Of a DNA stretch of 64,000 bases, positions 49,407-63,530 are shown one piece after another (position 1 is the first letter of the stretch; each line of letters starts with the position of its first letter). Source of the stretch: Octopus sinensis. Taxonomy: Eukaryota. The notes below the pieces were generated by a model, which was not told the DNA's origin, searched no databases, and was given only the letters and a program-made list of their open reading frames with translations. The position numbers were made by a program, and so were the translations under genes. Where the stretch lies: positions 36,022,001-36,086,000 of the forward strand of contig NC_043014.1 of NCBI RefSeq assembly GCF_006345805.1, given 5' to 3'.

Positions 49407-49599
49407 GTGTGTGTGTTTGTGTGTGTGTGTGCATGTGTGAAAGATAGATAGATAGGTAAATAGACAGTTAGCTAGATAGATAGTGCTGTCACTATCTTAT
49501 TACATCACCAGATGGGACACTTTTGCACCAAGGGATTCACCGCAACTAGTTGTATAGTTTGCTACCCATCGTTGTGAGCAATAATTTCCCATGTATTTT

Positions 49600-52500
49600 A
49601 TTTTCTGTCTCTATCATTTGGCACAATGAAAGGTAAGTCTGGTGAGATTGTTGAGATGCTTGAACAGAGTAATGTAGATTTGTGTTGCATCCAAGGTGGA
49701 AAGGAAGTTCAGCTAGGTTCCTCACAGAACATGGCTATAAGATTTTCTGGGTAGGGAACAGTGATGGGGCTGGGGTCATGGGTATACTCCCTGCTGAGAG
49801 ATGGGTTGATAACATAATCGAGGTAGTTAGAGTCTGTGATAAAATACTTAAGCTTAGGCTAGTGCAACAACAAGGAATAGCAACCATTATCTCAGCCAGG
49901 GCTACCCGAGGAAAAGAAATACTGATTTTATGATATCCTCTTGCAGACTACCTTGTTGATGAATGACAGGGACCTTCTCTTCATGGCTGGCAACTTCAAT
50001 GGGCACGTTGGACAACATCCAGGGAACTCCCATGGTGTGCATGATGGCAATGGGTTTGGTTCCTGCAATGAAGAGGAAACCAGGTTGTGGAAGTTCTGTG
50101 ATGGAAATGATCTTATGATCTGTAATACTAACTTCAGGAAACTTGCCAGTCTTCTGTTCACCTACCAGTCTGGTGGCTACACTAGTCAGATTGGCTACAT
50201 CCTCACCAGGAAACAAGAAAGGTGTCTACTTATAAATGCCAAAACTTCCCCAGGTGAAGAATGCACCTCACAACATAGGCTAATTGTTAGCAACTTCAGT
50301 ATCAGGGCTAAATGGTTGCCCAATGTGGAAAAGAAAGGTCTGGAGGTTTAAGGATCCTCTGAATGGATAGACATTTAGAGACGTATTACTTGAAGCTTAT
50401 GACGAAAAAGAGGATATAGCATCACATAATGTGGAGGAAAACTGGAGATTCCTACAGGACAACCTGTTGACGGCTACTGACCAGATCTGTGGATGGTGCA
50501 AAGTCCCATCTTGACCTAAGGTGACATGGTGGAGGAACAATGTAGTTGACAGGACCATTAGGGAAAAGAATTAGGAATGGAAGTGTGGTGGTAGCAGGGA
50601 ACTGTATCAGATAGCCAGAAGGGAAGCTAGGAGACAGGTTTACTTAGCTAGAGGGGAAGCAGATAAGAAGAAATTTGCCATTGTTCTGCATTGTGAGGAC
50701 CAGAGACTTGAAGTGTTTCAAATTGCAAGACTGTGTGTGAGAGAAAATCATGATGTCATTGGAGAGAAATGTGCCCACATGGATGATGGCTCACTTGCAT
50801 TTAATGATGCTACAAAGAGAGAGACTTGGAGATGCCACAATGAAAGGTTGCTAAATGAAGAGAATGAATGGGAGAAAGAGAGTCTGCCAAATGTTGACCC
50901 ACTAGAGGAAACAGCTGTTTGAATTGATAGTATCTAGGTAGATAAAGCAATTAAGGGCATGAAGACAGAAAAAGCCCAGGCCCATCAAGAATCACTGCTG
51001 AAATGCTCAAAATATCTGGCGGTGTCAGCTATAGTCTAGTTACCTGTATAGTTAACCAGATGATACATGAAGGAGTCATACCCAATGACTTGTGTAGCTG
51101 CACCATAGTCAATTGCTACAAAGGTAAAAGTGACACCTGAGATAGAAATAATTACGGAGGTATCAAATTGTTGGATCAGGTGATGAAAGTCACGGAGAGG
51201 GTCATAGCCCAACTAATTAGGGAAAGAGTTAGTTTAGATGAGAAGTAGTTTGGGTTTGTGCCAGTGAGAAGCACCACTGATGCTATATTTCTGGTAAGAC
51301 AGCTGCAAGAGAAATACCTAGCTAAAGATAAACCTTTGTACTTGGCGTTTGTTGACATGGAGAAAGCTTTTGACAAGGTCCCTGGTTCACTTATCTAGTG
51401 GTCAATGAGGAAACTAGAGATAGATGAGTGGTTGGTGACAGCTGTACAAGCCATATACAGAGATGCTGTAAGCAAGGTGAGGTTTAGCAACAGGTAGAGT
51501 GAAGAGTTCTGGGTAGAAGTAGGACTTCACCAAGGATCAGTCCTCAGACCTCTCTTGTTCATCATAGTCCTCCATGCAATAACAGAGGAACTCAAGACTG
51601 GCTGCCACTGGGAGCTCATCTATGCTGATGACTTTGCTCTAATAGCTGAGTCACAACCAGAACTAGAGAAGAAGTTTCAGGCATGGAAGCAAGGTGTAGA
51701 ATTGAAAGACCTTAGAATTAACCTAGCAAAAAACCAGTCTTAGTAAGTAGGAAGGTGGACAAATCACAAATCCCTTCAGGTAGATGACCCTGCTCAATCT
51801 GCAGAAAAGGTATAGGCAAAAACTCCATAAGATGGACACATAAGAGGTGCAGTGATATTGAAGGAAGGTTAACTGGGAAGATAGTTTTTGTGTGTAGAAG
51901 ATGTACAGGTGCAGTAAACACCAAAAATGTACAGAAAACTGATTCCATCACATACCAGGGGGAAAAATTAGAAGTAGTTAATAGCTTCTGTTACCTGGGT
52001 GACCAAGTCAATAGCGGGGGTTGATGCTCTGAGAGCGTAGCTACTAGAATAAGAATAAGCTGGGCAAAGTTCTGAGAGCTACCTTGGCCAGTAACAAAGA
52101 GCCTCTCATTCAGAGTGAGAGGGAAACTGTGTGATGCCTGTGCGCAAACAGCTATGCTACACAGCAGTGAAACAAGGGCTGTGACTGCTGAGGACATGCA
52201 TAGGCTTGAAAGAAATGAAGCTGGTACGCTCCACTGGATGTATAATGTCAGTATGCATGTATGACAGAGTGTAAGTGCCATGATAAAAAAGTTGGACTTA
52301 AGAAGCATCAGGTGTGGAGTGCAAGAGAGATGACTGCGCTGGTATGGTCATGTGTTGTGTATGGATGAGGACAGCTGTGTTGAAGAAATGGCACACCCTA
52401 ACAGTGGAGGGAACTTGTGGAAGAGATAGACCCAGGAAGACTTGGGATGAGGTGATGAAGCATGACCTTCAAACGTTGGGCCTCACAGAGGCAATGACAA

Positions 52501-52845
52501 GTGACCGAGACCTTTGGAAATATGCCATGCTTGAGAAGGCCCAGCAAGCTAAGTGAGATCATAGTCGTGGCTGATGCCAGTAGCACATAACTGGCCTGTT
52601 TAAAAGCAACCTTCAATTGTTGGGTGATACGCTGTGCTTGTGAAGACTTATTGAACTGAGTGAAATCATACAGGTGGCTGATGCCATGCCACCTGACAAA
52701 CACCCATGATGGTGACACATAAAAAGTACCATTCGAGCATGGCTGATGCCAGTGCCACCTGACTGGCACTTGTGCTAGTGGCATGTAAAAAGAACCCACT
52801 ATATTCTTGGAGTAGTTGGCGTTAGGTAGGGCATCCAGCTGTAGC
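49600..52845 (+). mobile_element. near full-length, pseudogenised RTE-clade LINE
   Basis: APE endonuclease (GTMKGKSGEIVEML..VDLCCIQ, AGNFNGHVG, ICNTNFRK, QHRLIV); RT (FVDMEKAFDKV, LHQGSVL, IYADDFAL, FCYLG); C-terminal RPRKTW and family C UTR; many stops and frameshifts. Confidence 0.92.
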
Positions 52846-52849
52846 TGGA

Positions 52850-53170
52850 TTTTTAGCTAAAAATCCCCGATCTCGGATACGGAGGTTCCGGAAAATTGCC
52901 AAAAATCGGCATTGTGAAATTTTTTTCCCTAACACTAACCCTAACCCTAAAACTGTAACCGTAAGTACAGAAATGTCTCGAAATTTTTGTCCAAATCATG
53001 ATGTCCGAATTTTTCCGCATATTTAGAAAAAAAAAAAAATTCTTAAAAAAAATTTTACAAAGATTTTCGGAAATTGTTTTCAGAATCATAATATCCGTAC
53101 ATATTTTGAAAAAAAAATGTGAAAAAAGTTAAAAGTGAAGGAAATGGGCGAGGGGTAATTTAGAAATGTT
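52850..53170 (-). repeat. modular dispersed repeat with (CCCTAA)-like tract, truncating the RTE 3' UTR
   Basis: Inverted homologue of 45690-46000. Confidence 0.7.
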
Positions 53171-53805
53171 GATTTTTGCCAATTTTTTGCAGATTCGTAT
53201 TCCCCGTAGACGAAAAAGCAGGGCTTGTGTTGAAAAAAAAAAAAAAATTAAGGGTGTTTTTTGCGGGGGTGAGGGACAGACGGAAGTCTTGCCTTTTATT
53301 TTATTTTATGTGTGTCATGCAAACAAATTTCATTGTTGCAAGTGAAACTTTTACTTTTAAACGCATTCTGTGTGGACCTGTGACAATTGAATGAAAATAC
53401 AATTTTGGTTTATCTTCAGTGTTGCTGCCATCGTTATAAAGCTGAATAATCTTCTAGACACGATAAATGTTTGTATTTGTATGATTCTTCTGTGTTTGTA
53501 TGATTACATTACATAATACTTATCATTTGCATATATTTTTGAGCGCTCTTCATGCAAATACCTACCTGCTCTGTGAAAAACATATCAGTGAGTGAAGAAT
53601 ACCTTTTTCAACTGGGATTCTGTTTGTTCATTGTACAGGCATTCTTTAGATAACCATACACAAAAAGTGAAGGTATTTCTTCGGTAAATTCCGTAAATTT
53701 TTTTTATTTCTTTCATTTGTATCACTAGTTCATGTATTTTTCGTGTATTTATTATGCGTGTATGTATACATATATGTATGTGTATATGTGCATATATATA
53801 TATAT

Positions 53806-55416
53806 ATGCATATGTTTGTATACATGTGTGTGTAGCTATTTAGGATCTACACAAATTTTATATATACTCCACGAAGTTTGAAAGTGTTTAGTTAGAAAAA
53901 ATTATTTTTTAAATCTGTAGGTCAAAAGGTAAAGATCCGGTATTTTAAATTTTTGTTGCATTTCTAATCTTTCTGATATCTAAGGATGGATATTTATGCG
54001 TATGAATCTTTTTATTTTTATTTTGTTTCAAATATAATTCTAGGGAACTGAAAAAGCTGTGTATGATGCCAAGTGAATTTAGCTGTTTACGATAAGCGGA
54101 TGTTTACGTTTTAGCTATATACATGTTTACGTTAACTACATCACAAAATAGCTGTTTACGTCATTGATTGGTTGAAATTGCAGAAATTGAAGAAAAAAAC
54201 AACAAATATCTTACAAACTATGGAATTTTCTCAATAAAGCCAAGAGAAAAAGATGTTTTATAAACACATCTACCCTTATACGAAGTTTAAATTTTTTTAG
54301 TTACCTAGAAATTATGTTAAAAATCTGCCGTTCAAACCGAAAAGATCCGGTCTTTCTATAATTCTGTGCAGATCATGACGAATTCGACTAATTCTGTCCG
54401 TTCCTGAAAAATACTCTTTCAGAGTTATCCCCCTTAACGCAAACTAGTGAAAAGAAAAAGTAAAAGAGGGCAAAGAACCACACATCAAATGTCAATAACT
54501 AATTATCATATAATGAATATCTTTTATAATAATATAATGGGAGAAACGGGATGTTGTCACGATCAGAATTTATATATATATATATAATATATATATATAT
54601 ATGCATATGTTTGTATACATGTGTGTGTAGCTATTTAGGATCTACACAAATTTTATATATACTCCACGAAGTTTGAAAGTGTTTAGTTAGAAAAAATTAT
54701 TTTTTAAATCTGTAGGTCAAAAGGTAAAGATCCGGTATTTTAAATTTTTGTTGCATTTCTAATCTTTCTGATATCTAAGGATGGATATTTATGCGTATGA
54801 ATCTTTTTATTTTTATTTTGTTTCAAATATAATTCTAGGGAACTGAAAAAGCTGTGTATGATGCCAAGTGAATTTAGCTGTTTACGATAAGCGGATGTTT
54901 ACGTTTTAGCTATATACATGTTTACGTTAACTACATCACAAAATAGCTGTTTACGTCATTGATTGGTTGAAATTGCAGAAATTGAAGAAAAAAACAACAA
55001 ATATCTTACAAACTATGGAATTTTCTCAATAAAGCCAAGAGAAAAAGATGTGTTATAAACACATTCTACCCGCGTACGAAGTTTAAATTTTTTTAGTTAC
55101 CTAGAAATTATGTTAAAATCTGACGTTCAAACTGAAAAGATCCGGTCTTTCTATAATTCTGTGCAGATCATGACGAATTCGACTAAATCTGTCCATTCCT
55201 GAAAAATACTCTTTCAGAGTTATCCCCCTTAACGCAAACTAGTGAAAAGAAAAAGTAAAAGAGGGCAAAGAACCACACATTAAATATCAATAACTAATTA
55301 TCATATAATGAATATATTTTATAATAATATAATGGGAGAAACGGGATGTTGTCACGATCAGAATTTATATATATATATATATTATATATATATATATAAT
55401 ATATATATATATATAT

Positions 55417-55448
<32 letters not shown>

Positions 55449-56410
55449 ATATATATATAATATATATATATATATTATATATATATATATATTCATACAT
55501 ACATATACATGTAGATGTATATAACATATATATATATTGTATGTAAACATCTTTATATATATATAATGTATGCATCTATAATACACACACATTATAAATA
55601 TATACACATATATGCATTAGCATATGTGTGTATAGGTGTATATATATATATGCATATGTTTGTATACATGTGTGTGTAGCTATTTAGGATCTACACAAAT
55701 TTTATATATACTCCACGAAGTTTGAAAGTGTTTAGTTAGAAAAAATTATTTTTTAAATCTGTAGGTCAAAAGGTAAAGATCCGGTATTTTAAATTTTTGT
55801 TGCATTTCTAATCTTTCTGATATCTAAGGATGGATATTTATGCGTATGAATCTTTTTATTTTTATTTTGTTTCAAATATAATTCTAGGGAACTGAAAAAG
55901 CTGTGTATGATGCCAAGTGAATTTAGCTGTTTACGATAAGCGGATGTTTACGTTTTAGCTATATACATGTTTACGTTAACTACATCACAAAATAGCTGTT
56001 TACGTCATTGATTGGTTGAAATTGCAGAAATTGAAGAAAAAAACAACAAATATCTTACAAACTATGGAATTTTCTCAATAAAGCCAAGAGAAAAAGATGT
56101 GTTATAAACACATTCTACCCGCGTACGAAGTTTAAATTTTTTTAGTTACCTAGAAATTATGTTAAAATCTGACGTTCAAACTGAAAAGATCCGGTCTTTT
56201 TACAATTCTGTGCAGATCATGACGAAATCGACTAAATCTGTCCATTCCTGAAAATACTCTTTCAGAGTTATCCCCCTTAACGCAAACTAGTGAATAGAAA
56301 AAGTAAAAGAGCGCAAAGAACCACACATTAAATATCAATAACTAATTATCATATAATGAATATATTTTATAATAATATAATGGGAGAAACGGGATGTTGT
56401 CACGATCAGA

Positions 56411-56414
<4 letters not shown>
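53806..56414 (+). repeat. three tandem ~765-bp units separated by (TA)n
   Basis: Units at 53806-54571, 54601-55366 and 55650-56414; each has private substitutions. Confidence 0.95.
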
Positions 56415-56462
<48 letters not shown>

Positions 56463-56628
56463 TTTTGGCAAATTAATTTCCTTTAAATAATAGGTATATT
56501 TATAAAAACATATAGTTTATATTCATTTACAGAAGAAAAAGAAAATGGAGATCGGGAAGTTAATAACTGTTTATTATTAACAGCAGTTTAATCATCATCC
56601 CTAACAGCTGGTTCAATTAATATTCAGG

Positions 56629-57048
56629 GATTTTTTCGGTTTCAACGGCACTTTTTAAAAATAATTTCAACATAACTAAACACTTTTAAACTTCGTATAC
56701 TGGTAGAATGTGTTTATAAAACATCTTTTTCTCTTGGCTTTATTGAGAAAATTCTATAGTTTGTAAGATATTTGTTGTTGTTTTTTCTTCAATTTATGCA
56801 ATTTCAACCAATCAATGATGTCTATTGAGGTGAAAACATTCTGTGCCGTATGAATATGACCCTCGTTTAAGAAACAGATTGGGTTTATTTACATTTGTGA
56901 AGAAAAAAGATACCCTTCTCCTAACCCTAACCCTAACTCTAACCCTAAAACAGATTGAAATGCAATAGATCGATACTAGGGTCATAATTATGTGTGACAA
57001 TTTCATATGACACCGCTAGAAAAAACTGCTGTTCAAGCCGAAAAGATC
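56629..57048. mobile_element. ~420-bp MITE-like element with (TAACCC)n
   Basis: TIRs gattttttcggtttcaacggcacttttt / aaaaactgctgttcaagccgaaaagatc; shares about 190 bp, inverted, with the 765-bp units. Confidence 0.75.
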
Positions 57049-57324
57049 TATGTTCAATAGTAAATATTAAGTAAATGTTAAATTTATATGACCTGAGCAT
57101 AATATCTTCAGAGGGAAAAGAATATATCCTTGAAAGCTTTATATGTGTTTATTGATTCCATATAGCAGATTGAATGATAGGATTTATAATGAATTTAATA
57201 TTTACTTCATATTTTCTGAGTATTAATCGAAACAGCTGTAAGGGATGATGATTGATTTGGTGTTAATAATAAATAACTAACTTCTTAATCTCCATTTACT
57301 TTTTCCTTTGATATACATACATAT

Positions 57325-57558
57325 GTGGCTTAGTGGTTAGGGTGTCAGCATCATGATCGTAACATTGTGGTTTCGATTCCTGGACCGGGCGACGCGTTGG
57401 TTTCTTGAGCCAAACACTTCATTTCACGTTGCTCCAGTCCACTTAGCTGGCAAAAATGAGTAACGCCTGGAATGGACTGGCATCCCGTCCAGCTGGGGAA
57501 TACATACGCCATAGAAACCGGGCCCATGAGCCTGGCTAGGCTTTAAAAGGGCGCATTT
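57325..57558 (+). mobile_element. tRNA-headed SINE, third family
   Basis: A-box gtggcttagtggtt, B-box ggtttcgattcc and internal gactggcatcccgtccag motif (V/Meta-SINE-like, recalled). Confidence 0.75.
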
Positions 57559-57615
57559 ATTTTAAATGGCGGTGCCCCAGCATGGCCACAGCTCGTGAGT
57601 TGAAACTAGATAAAA

Positions 57616-57682
<67 letters not shown>

Positions 57683-57822
57683 CACACACACAAATATTAA
57701 ATGAAATAGAGAAATATAACTGACAAACTAAAAATTTATTTACATTATAATATAACATGCTATGAAAAGATGCAATATAATATAACATAATAAATCTTTA
57801 AAAAAGGAATATAAAGCCAACA

Positions 57823-57857
<35 letters not shown>

Positions 57858-58069
57858 AATACAGTGTACATTTAAACACATAAGAGATGGCCATTACAGG
57901 ACATCTGACTCGCTACAAAGAGTAGTTAAACTACAAACCACTAATAGTTGTAATTCTGAAAGGGAATGAAAAATAAAAACATTGACTCTATTTTTTGCTA
58001 TTCTATATATATGTATGCATGTATTTATCTTTTTTTCTCTTTTCTCACAGAAACACTCATACATATGAG

Positions 58070-58201
<132 letters not shown>

Positions 58202-58320
58202 GGATAACTAATGAAAAGCTGTATACAGAAAAGAAAGTTATTTTATTCAATACGGGTAGAAATATAGAAAAAAGTTGAAAATGCATTGGGATTCGCTTGG
58301 TGAGTGTGTGTGCGTGTGTT

Positions 58321-58395
<75 letters not shown>

Positions 58396-58690
58396 GAAAT
58401 GAAGAAAATGCTGACAAAATAATTTAAGTAAAGGAGAGTGTATTTAATTAGGTGAAAGTTCTTTTTACCGGTTGCGCAATGCGGAATGGTCATTTTGCCA
58501 GTTTAGCCAATAAAAACACACGCACTATATATTTGGTGTTATTTTGCTTCAGTGTTATTTATTTTTTACATGAATCTTAATCTTATTTGGGCCAGAGTTC
58601 TTTCGTCACACTCCTGTGACCGCATCAGTGGTCCTTTCTTTCCACACATGACTTCACATAAAAAATCTTGCACAACAAATATATATATAT

Positions 58691-58750
<60 letters not shown>

Positions 58751-58751
<1 letters not shown>

Positions 58752-58915
58752 ACGGATTAAGTCGACTTCATCGACCCCAGTGCGTAACTGGTACTTAATT
58801 TATCGACCCCGAGAGGATGAAAGGCAAAGTCGACCTCGGCGGAATTTGAACTCAGAACGTAGCGACGGACTAAAAACCGCGAAGCACTTCGCCCGGCATG
58901 CTAACGTCTCTGCCA
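58751..58915 (-). mobile_element. SINE family B, 3'-truncated by (TA)n
   Basis: Near-consensus core. Confidence 0.88.
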
Positions 58916-61900
58916 TTATTTTCATAAAAACTGCAGTACATTTAAAACTTTTCTTAAAATTCAAATTACAATGAATAATTCATTTGATTATTTACCCCCA
59001 GTGGTGATTTACAAGTAGGAAATTGATCTTTGTGTACACAAAATGGTATTTAAAAAAAGTAAAATTAAAATTGTTTCCTGCCAATAAATTTGTAAAAATA
59101 TTCAGTGACCGAGATATATGTGTTATATGCATTCTATGATATATGTTATATGTATTGTAAGTACAGTGATGTGATTTTATTTCTGAAACACACGACATAA
59201 CTGACACATTTTAAGTAGATCTTAAAAACCGCCATTTTACTGACCGTTAGACTTTCTAGATTTAATTAAAAAATAACTTTCTGAAAATAATTTAGTAACG
59301 TTAGAGTTATGTCCCTTTCCTTTACCTCATTATTACTGTTTACTTTTTGAAAATTTTCCGTAGCTGATAGATAGATTCCTAAATTTGTTTAAAATGTAAG
59401 AAATAATATCGTGTTTTAAAATAAAAGTCCTTAAAAATCCGTGATTCTGCCTTCGTTTCCATATATTTTTGTAGTTTTTCCTGAGTTTTAAAATTAAGTG
59501 GACATTAGATTAAATAGAGATCCTTTAGCACTTTCGTAAACATATTTGAAATATACATCCTGTGTTTCAATTAATTTTAGAATAACTAATATAACATTGT
59601 CATTATTAAGCTGGAGGGTTAATATATAGTTTAATTCTGGTCACAAAAAAAAAACAGTCTTATCGGTGTAAGAAAATGTGTTGAAAACGAATATAAGAAC
59701 AAAAATTTGCGCAAACGAACGGGTGTCGGGAGAAGTCTTTTGGAAAATTATCACAATCCGATTTTCCCCTCATAACATTCAGAAAAAAAGGATATATATC
59801 AATGAAATTTTATAGAAACACCTTTTAAATGGCATAGATTAAGATAATAAAGAAATTTGTGGAGAAAATGTTTTCCGAAGGGATGGGGAGAGGACTGTCG
59901 GAAAATTCACATGATCCGAAAGTTATGAGAAAAAAAATCGGATCATGTGAATTTTCCAAAATCTCTCTTCCCCTTTGGAAACATTTCCCTGAGAAATTCC
60001 TTCATAATCGTAATCTGACATTTGAACAGCATTCCTCTAAAATGTCAGTAATATATGTCCATTTCCCTGAAAGTTATGATGGAAAAATCGGATCGTATGA
60101 ATTTTTCGAAAGTCGTCTCCCATCCACCTCCGTTCATTTGTGCAAATTTTTGTTTTCATATTCTTTTTCTATACATTTTTTACACCCATTTGACTGTTTT
60201 TTTTGTTTGTTTTGGTGACCGGGAGTTAAACTATATATTAACCAGCTGGAGTTTATAACATAAATTAATTTGAAATTTTAACGGAAAGTTTTCATTTCAC
60301 TGTTTGACATTCGTAAAATCATAGATATCGAAAAAGTTTATTTCAGCAAATCATTTCATTATTATAAGTAGTTCCCACTGCGAATAAGAAGTAAAAAGCA
60401 AGGAAAACGTTAGACTTAATCTGAATAGAGTTTTGCCGTGGGGACATGTGAGAATTCTCCCACATTCACGGCGGGTACACCAGGCAATAAAAGTCGCCGA
60501 GTTTGAAGATCGAGCCAGTGTCGTAATTGTATGCCTTTCATTATCTGCTGAACTGTAAGTACTTCATTGGGATTCACAATAAAATGAGGAGCAGCAGCGT
60601 GTCAACAAGACATTCTAATCAAGTTGAAATGTAATCGAAACGAAAACTAATTCGATTTTACGAACGTCAAATAGGAAGCTACTACTATCTGTATCGTAAG
60701 ATCTGGAACGGTCTCCGGTGCATTGATATGAAACAGATTAATACCGCAGATTGTAGCTTCAGTCGAATGAATACGTCTTGAGCGAAATTTTCAACTAGTA
60801 CCACTTGGATGCGGTAGATTCAGAATATATGGGACTTTTGGGAAAGAATTTTTCTGAGGGGCGGAGAGAGGAATTTTGGAAAATTCCCACTACCCAAATT
60901 TTTTCCTTCACAACTTTCAGGAAAACGGGTATGTTTTAATGAAATTTTATACAAGTACCTTTCAAACGGCTTAGATTATGATTCTAAAGAAATTTGTTGG
61001 GAAAATTTTTTTAAAGAGGAGTTTCGGATCACGAAGCCCACATAGGTTGGAATTTCTCCGTTTTGACGGAGATGTTTTTTTCATTTTTTCCCCCACAAAC
61101 TTCGAAACGATGGTGGGGGGGGGGGGGCATATTTTTTTTTGAAAAAAGTTTTGAAAATATGTTTCTTTTCACTTCCCCTCACCACCACACTCCAGACCGG
61201 TTTTGGCCATTTATTTATTAAATTACACTACGCACTTAAAAACCATGGGAAAAACCTTTTCGGTAAGAAAAAAAGTTGTAAATATTTTCAGAGTAAAGGT
61301 GTACGATTCAAGGGAGATTTGACTGTTGTTTCTTGCACATCCCAAAATCACTCTCCACGCTTCTTACTCACTCTGATATATATAGATGTTTTTTAATAAT
61401 TTTCTCCCCCAAAACACATTTATGCTATTAAAAAATTTGAAAATTTATCATTGTTTTTCAGTATCACTTTCGGACCCCGACTGTTCAGTTTATAATTTTA
61501 AAATATTGAAAAGCCCGCCGTCATTTCCGGGATTTATCTACAGGGATTTTAAAAAAGTATCCATTTTTCTGGAAGTTGTGAGGTACACATCTGTAGTTAT
61601 GCTAAATTTATTTATTACTGAGAATAAGAGGAATATGTCGAAGTGTTTATATCCTAAATACCATGATCTAACAAATCGACCTCCCTATTTACGGCTTCGT
61701 AGATTGTACATTCGGCCGATAACGATTTCCAGCCGTGTATCATATTTCTATTTATGTAACCTTACTGTCAATCCATATGTTACCTATTCAATGTTAGGTA
61801 GTTCAACCAAAGTGCATAATAAATATCACGTCAGGTTGAACCTCTGTATAGTACTTGATTATAGACAATACGTATTTACTACTTCCATATAGTACCTAAT

Positions 61901-61920
61901 TTGTACTAAGGTGACAATAC

Positions 61921-62336
61921 CTATTTCTTTACTACCTACAAGGGGCTAAACACAGAGAGGACAAACAAGGACAGACAAACGGATTAAGTCGAATATATCG
62001 ACCCCAGTGCGTAACTGGTACTTATTTAATCGACCCCGAAAGGATGAAAGGCAAAGTCGACCTCGGCGGAATTTGAACTCAGAATGTAGCGGTAGACGAT
62101 ATACCTATTTCTTTACTACCCACAAGGGGCTAAACACAGAGAGGCCAAACAAGGACAGACAAACGGATTAAGTCGATTATATCGACCCAGTGCGTAACTG
62201 GTACATACTTAATCGACCCCGAAAGGATGAAAGGCAAAGTCGACCTCGGCGGAATTTGAACTCAGAACGTAGCGGCAGACGAAATACTGCTAAATATTTT
62301 GCCCGGCATGCTAACGATTCTGCCAGCTCACCCGCC
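61921..62336 (-). mobile_element. dimeric family B SINE within one TSD pair
   Basis: TSD taaggtgacaatac at 61907-61920 and 62339-62352; internal junction at about 62105. Confidence 0.9.
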
Positions 62337-63271
62337 TTTAAGGTGACAATACAACTCTTCTTACGATAAAATTCTTGGAATAGTTTCGCCAACATTTGGT
62401 AGGCGTAGAACTTATTTGAAAAGAGGTATTCTGTAAAGTTCATTATTAGGGATTGAAGTGTATGTTGATGTATTTATTATCCTAAACATGAACAAATTGT
62501 CCTCTACATAGATCCTATTTACATCTCGCTAGATTGTAATTTCGCTTGGTAAGTAATAAGTTTGCAAAATTTATATCTTGACCATTTTACTTAAATTTTA
62601 TTCTGAAAAGAAATCACGAATCACTTATTTGAAATTTTCTCTTTTAACAAGCATTTTGAAAAATTTCATTTCTGGAATTATAAAATTAATGGAATAGAAT
62701 ATTATAGACGAAAGATATTTTATTCAGATATTTATTTATTTAGGTATTTACGCTGTTCAGTAAAGAAAGCAATAGTTATAATTTATAAACAACCCTGATG
62801 TAATTATCTGGTGATAGAATAGGGGAGATAACTTTAGAGGGGAGATAACTTTAAATGGCAAATTAATTCTGAGGTGGTCCAAAAAGAATTCCAAATTATC
62901 TATACGGCGGTAGTGGTGTTGAGAATAAAGAAAGGTGTAGTCGAACACAACAGAATTTTGATGGAGATGATATAATTATAGTCAAAATACGTTGAAACGA
63001 AGTAAAATTGCTGTGACGAAGTCTGCTCTGAGTTTCTTCTGCACAATACAAATGTCCTGTTTTTTTGCTTTATCCTTTTATTGCATATTCATATGTGATT
63101 GAAAATGGATTCTCTATGACAATCAGAGCATCCTACTCAGGGGCTAGATCAAGTGAAGCATTTGCTCTAGCCCCTGTTCCGTTCTTGGGTTCTTTTTTCT
63201 TTTATTTCCTAGCCGCTAGGTTCTTTTCATAACCGAAGCTATTTCAAAAAGTTATCGTCCTTGTTTTAAAT

Positions 63272-63530
63272 AATAATAATAATGAAATTATTGTATACAG
63301 TGCTCAGGTGCACTACAACTTGTCAGAAAGTGCGTATAAAGTATATGCAGTAATGTACAAATGTCTGGAAAGTGAACAGTGTATGAGTCAGATACATCCT
63401 TGCGTGTGTATGGAGGGGAGAAAATCAGGCGTAGTGTCGGCGAATCTCAGGAAGCATGGAAGTTTTGAAGGATGCAGTGCTCCGACAACTAACAACTGAT
63501 GCCGGCATATTGTTGTCAATATGTGGAATC
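63272..63530 (-). mobile_element. CR1/L2-like LINE 3' end
   Basis: Minus frame PASVVSCRSTASFK..EIRRHYA*, then a UTR and a (TTA)n tail. Confidence 0.6.

Noticed and set aside
57325-57400. tRNA gene (also the heads of families A and B)
   Set aside because: A/B boxes only; no complete cloverleaf; continues into a SINE body.
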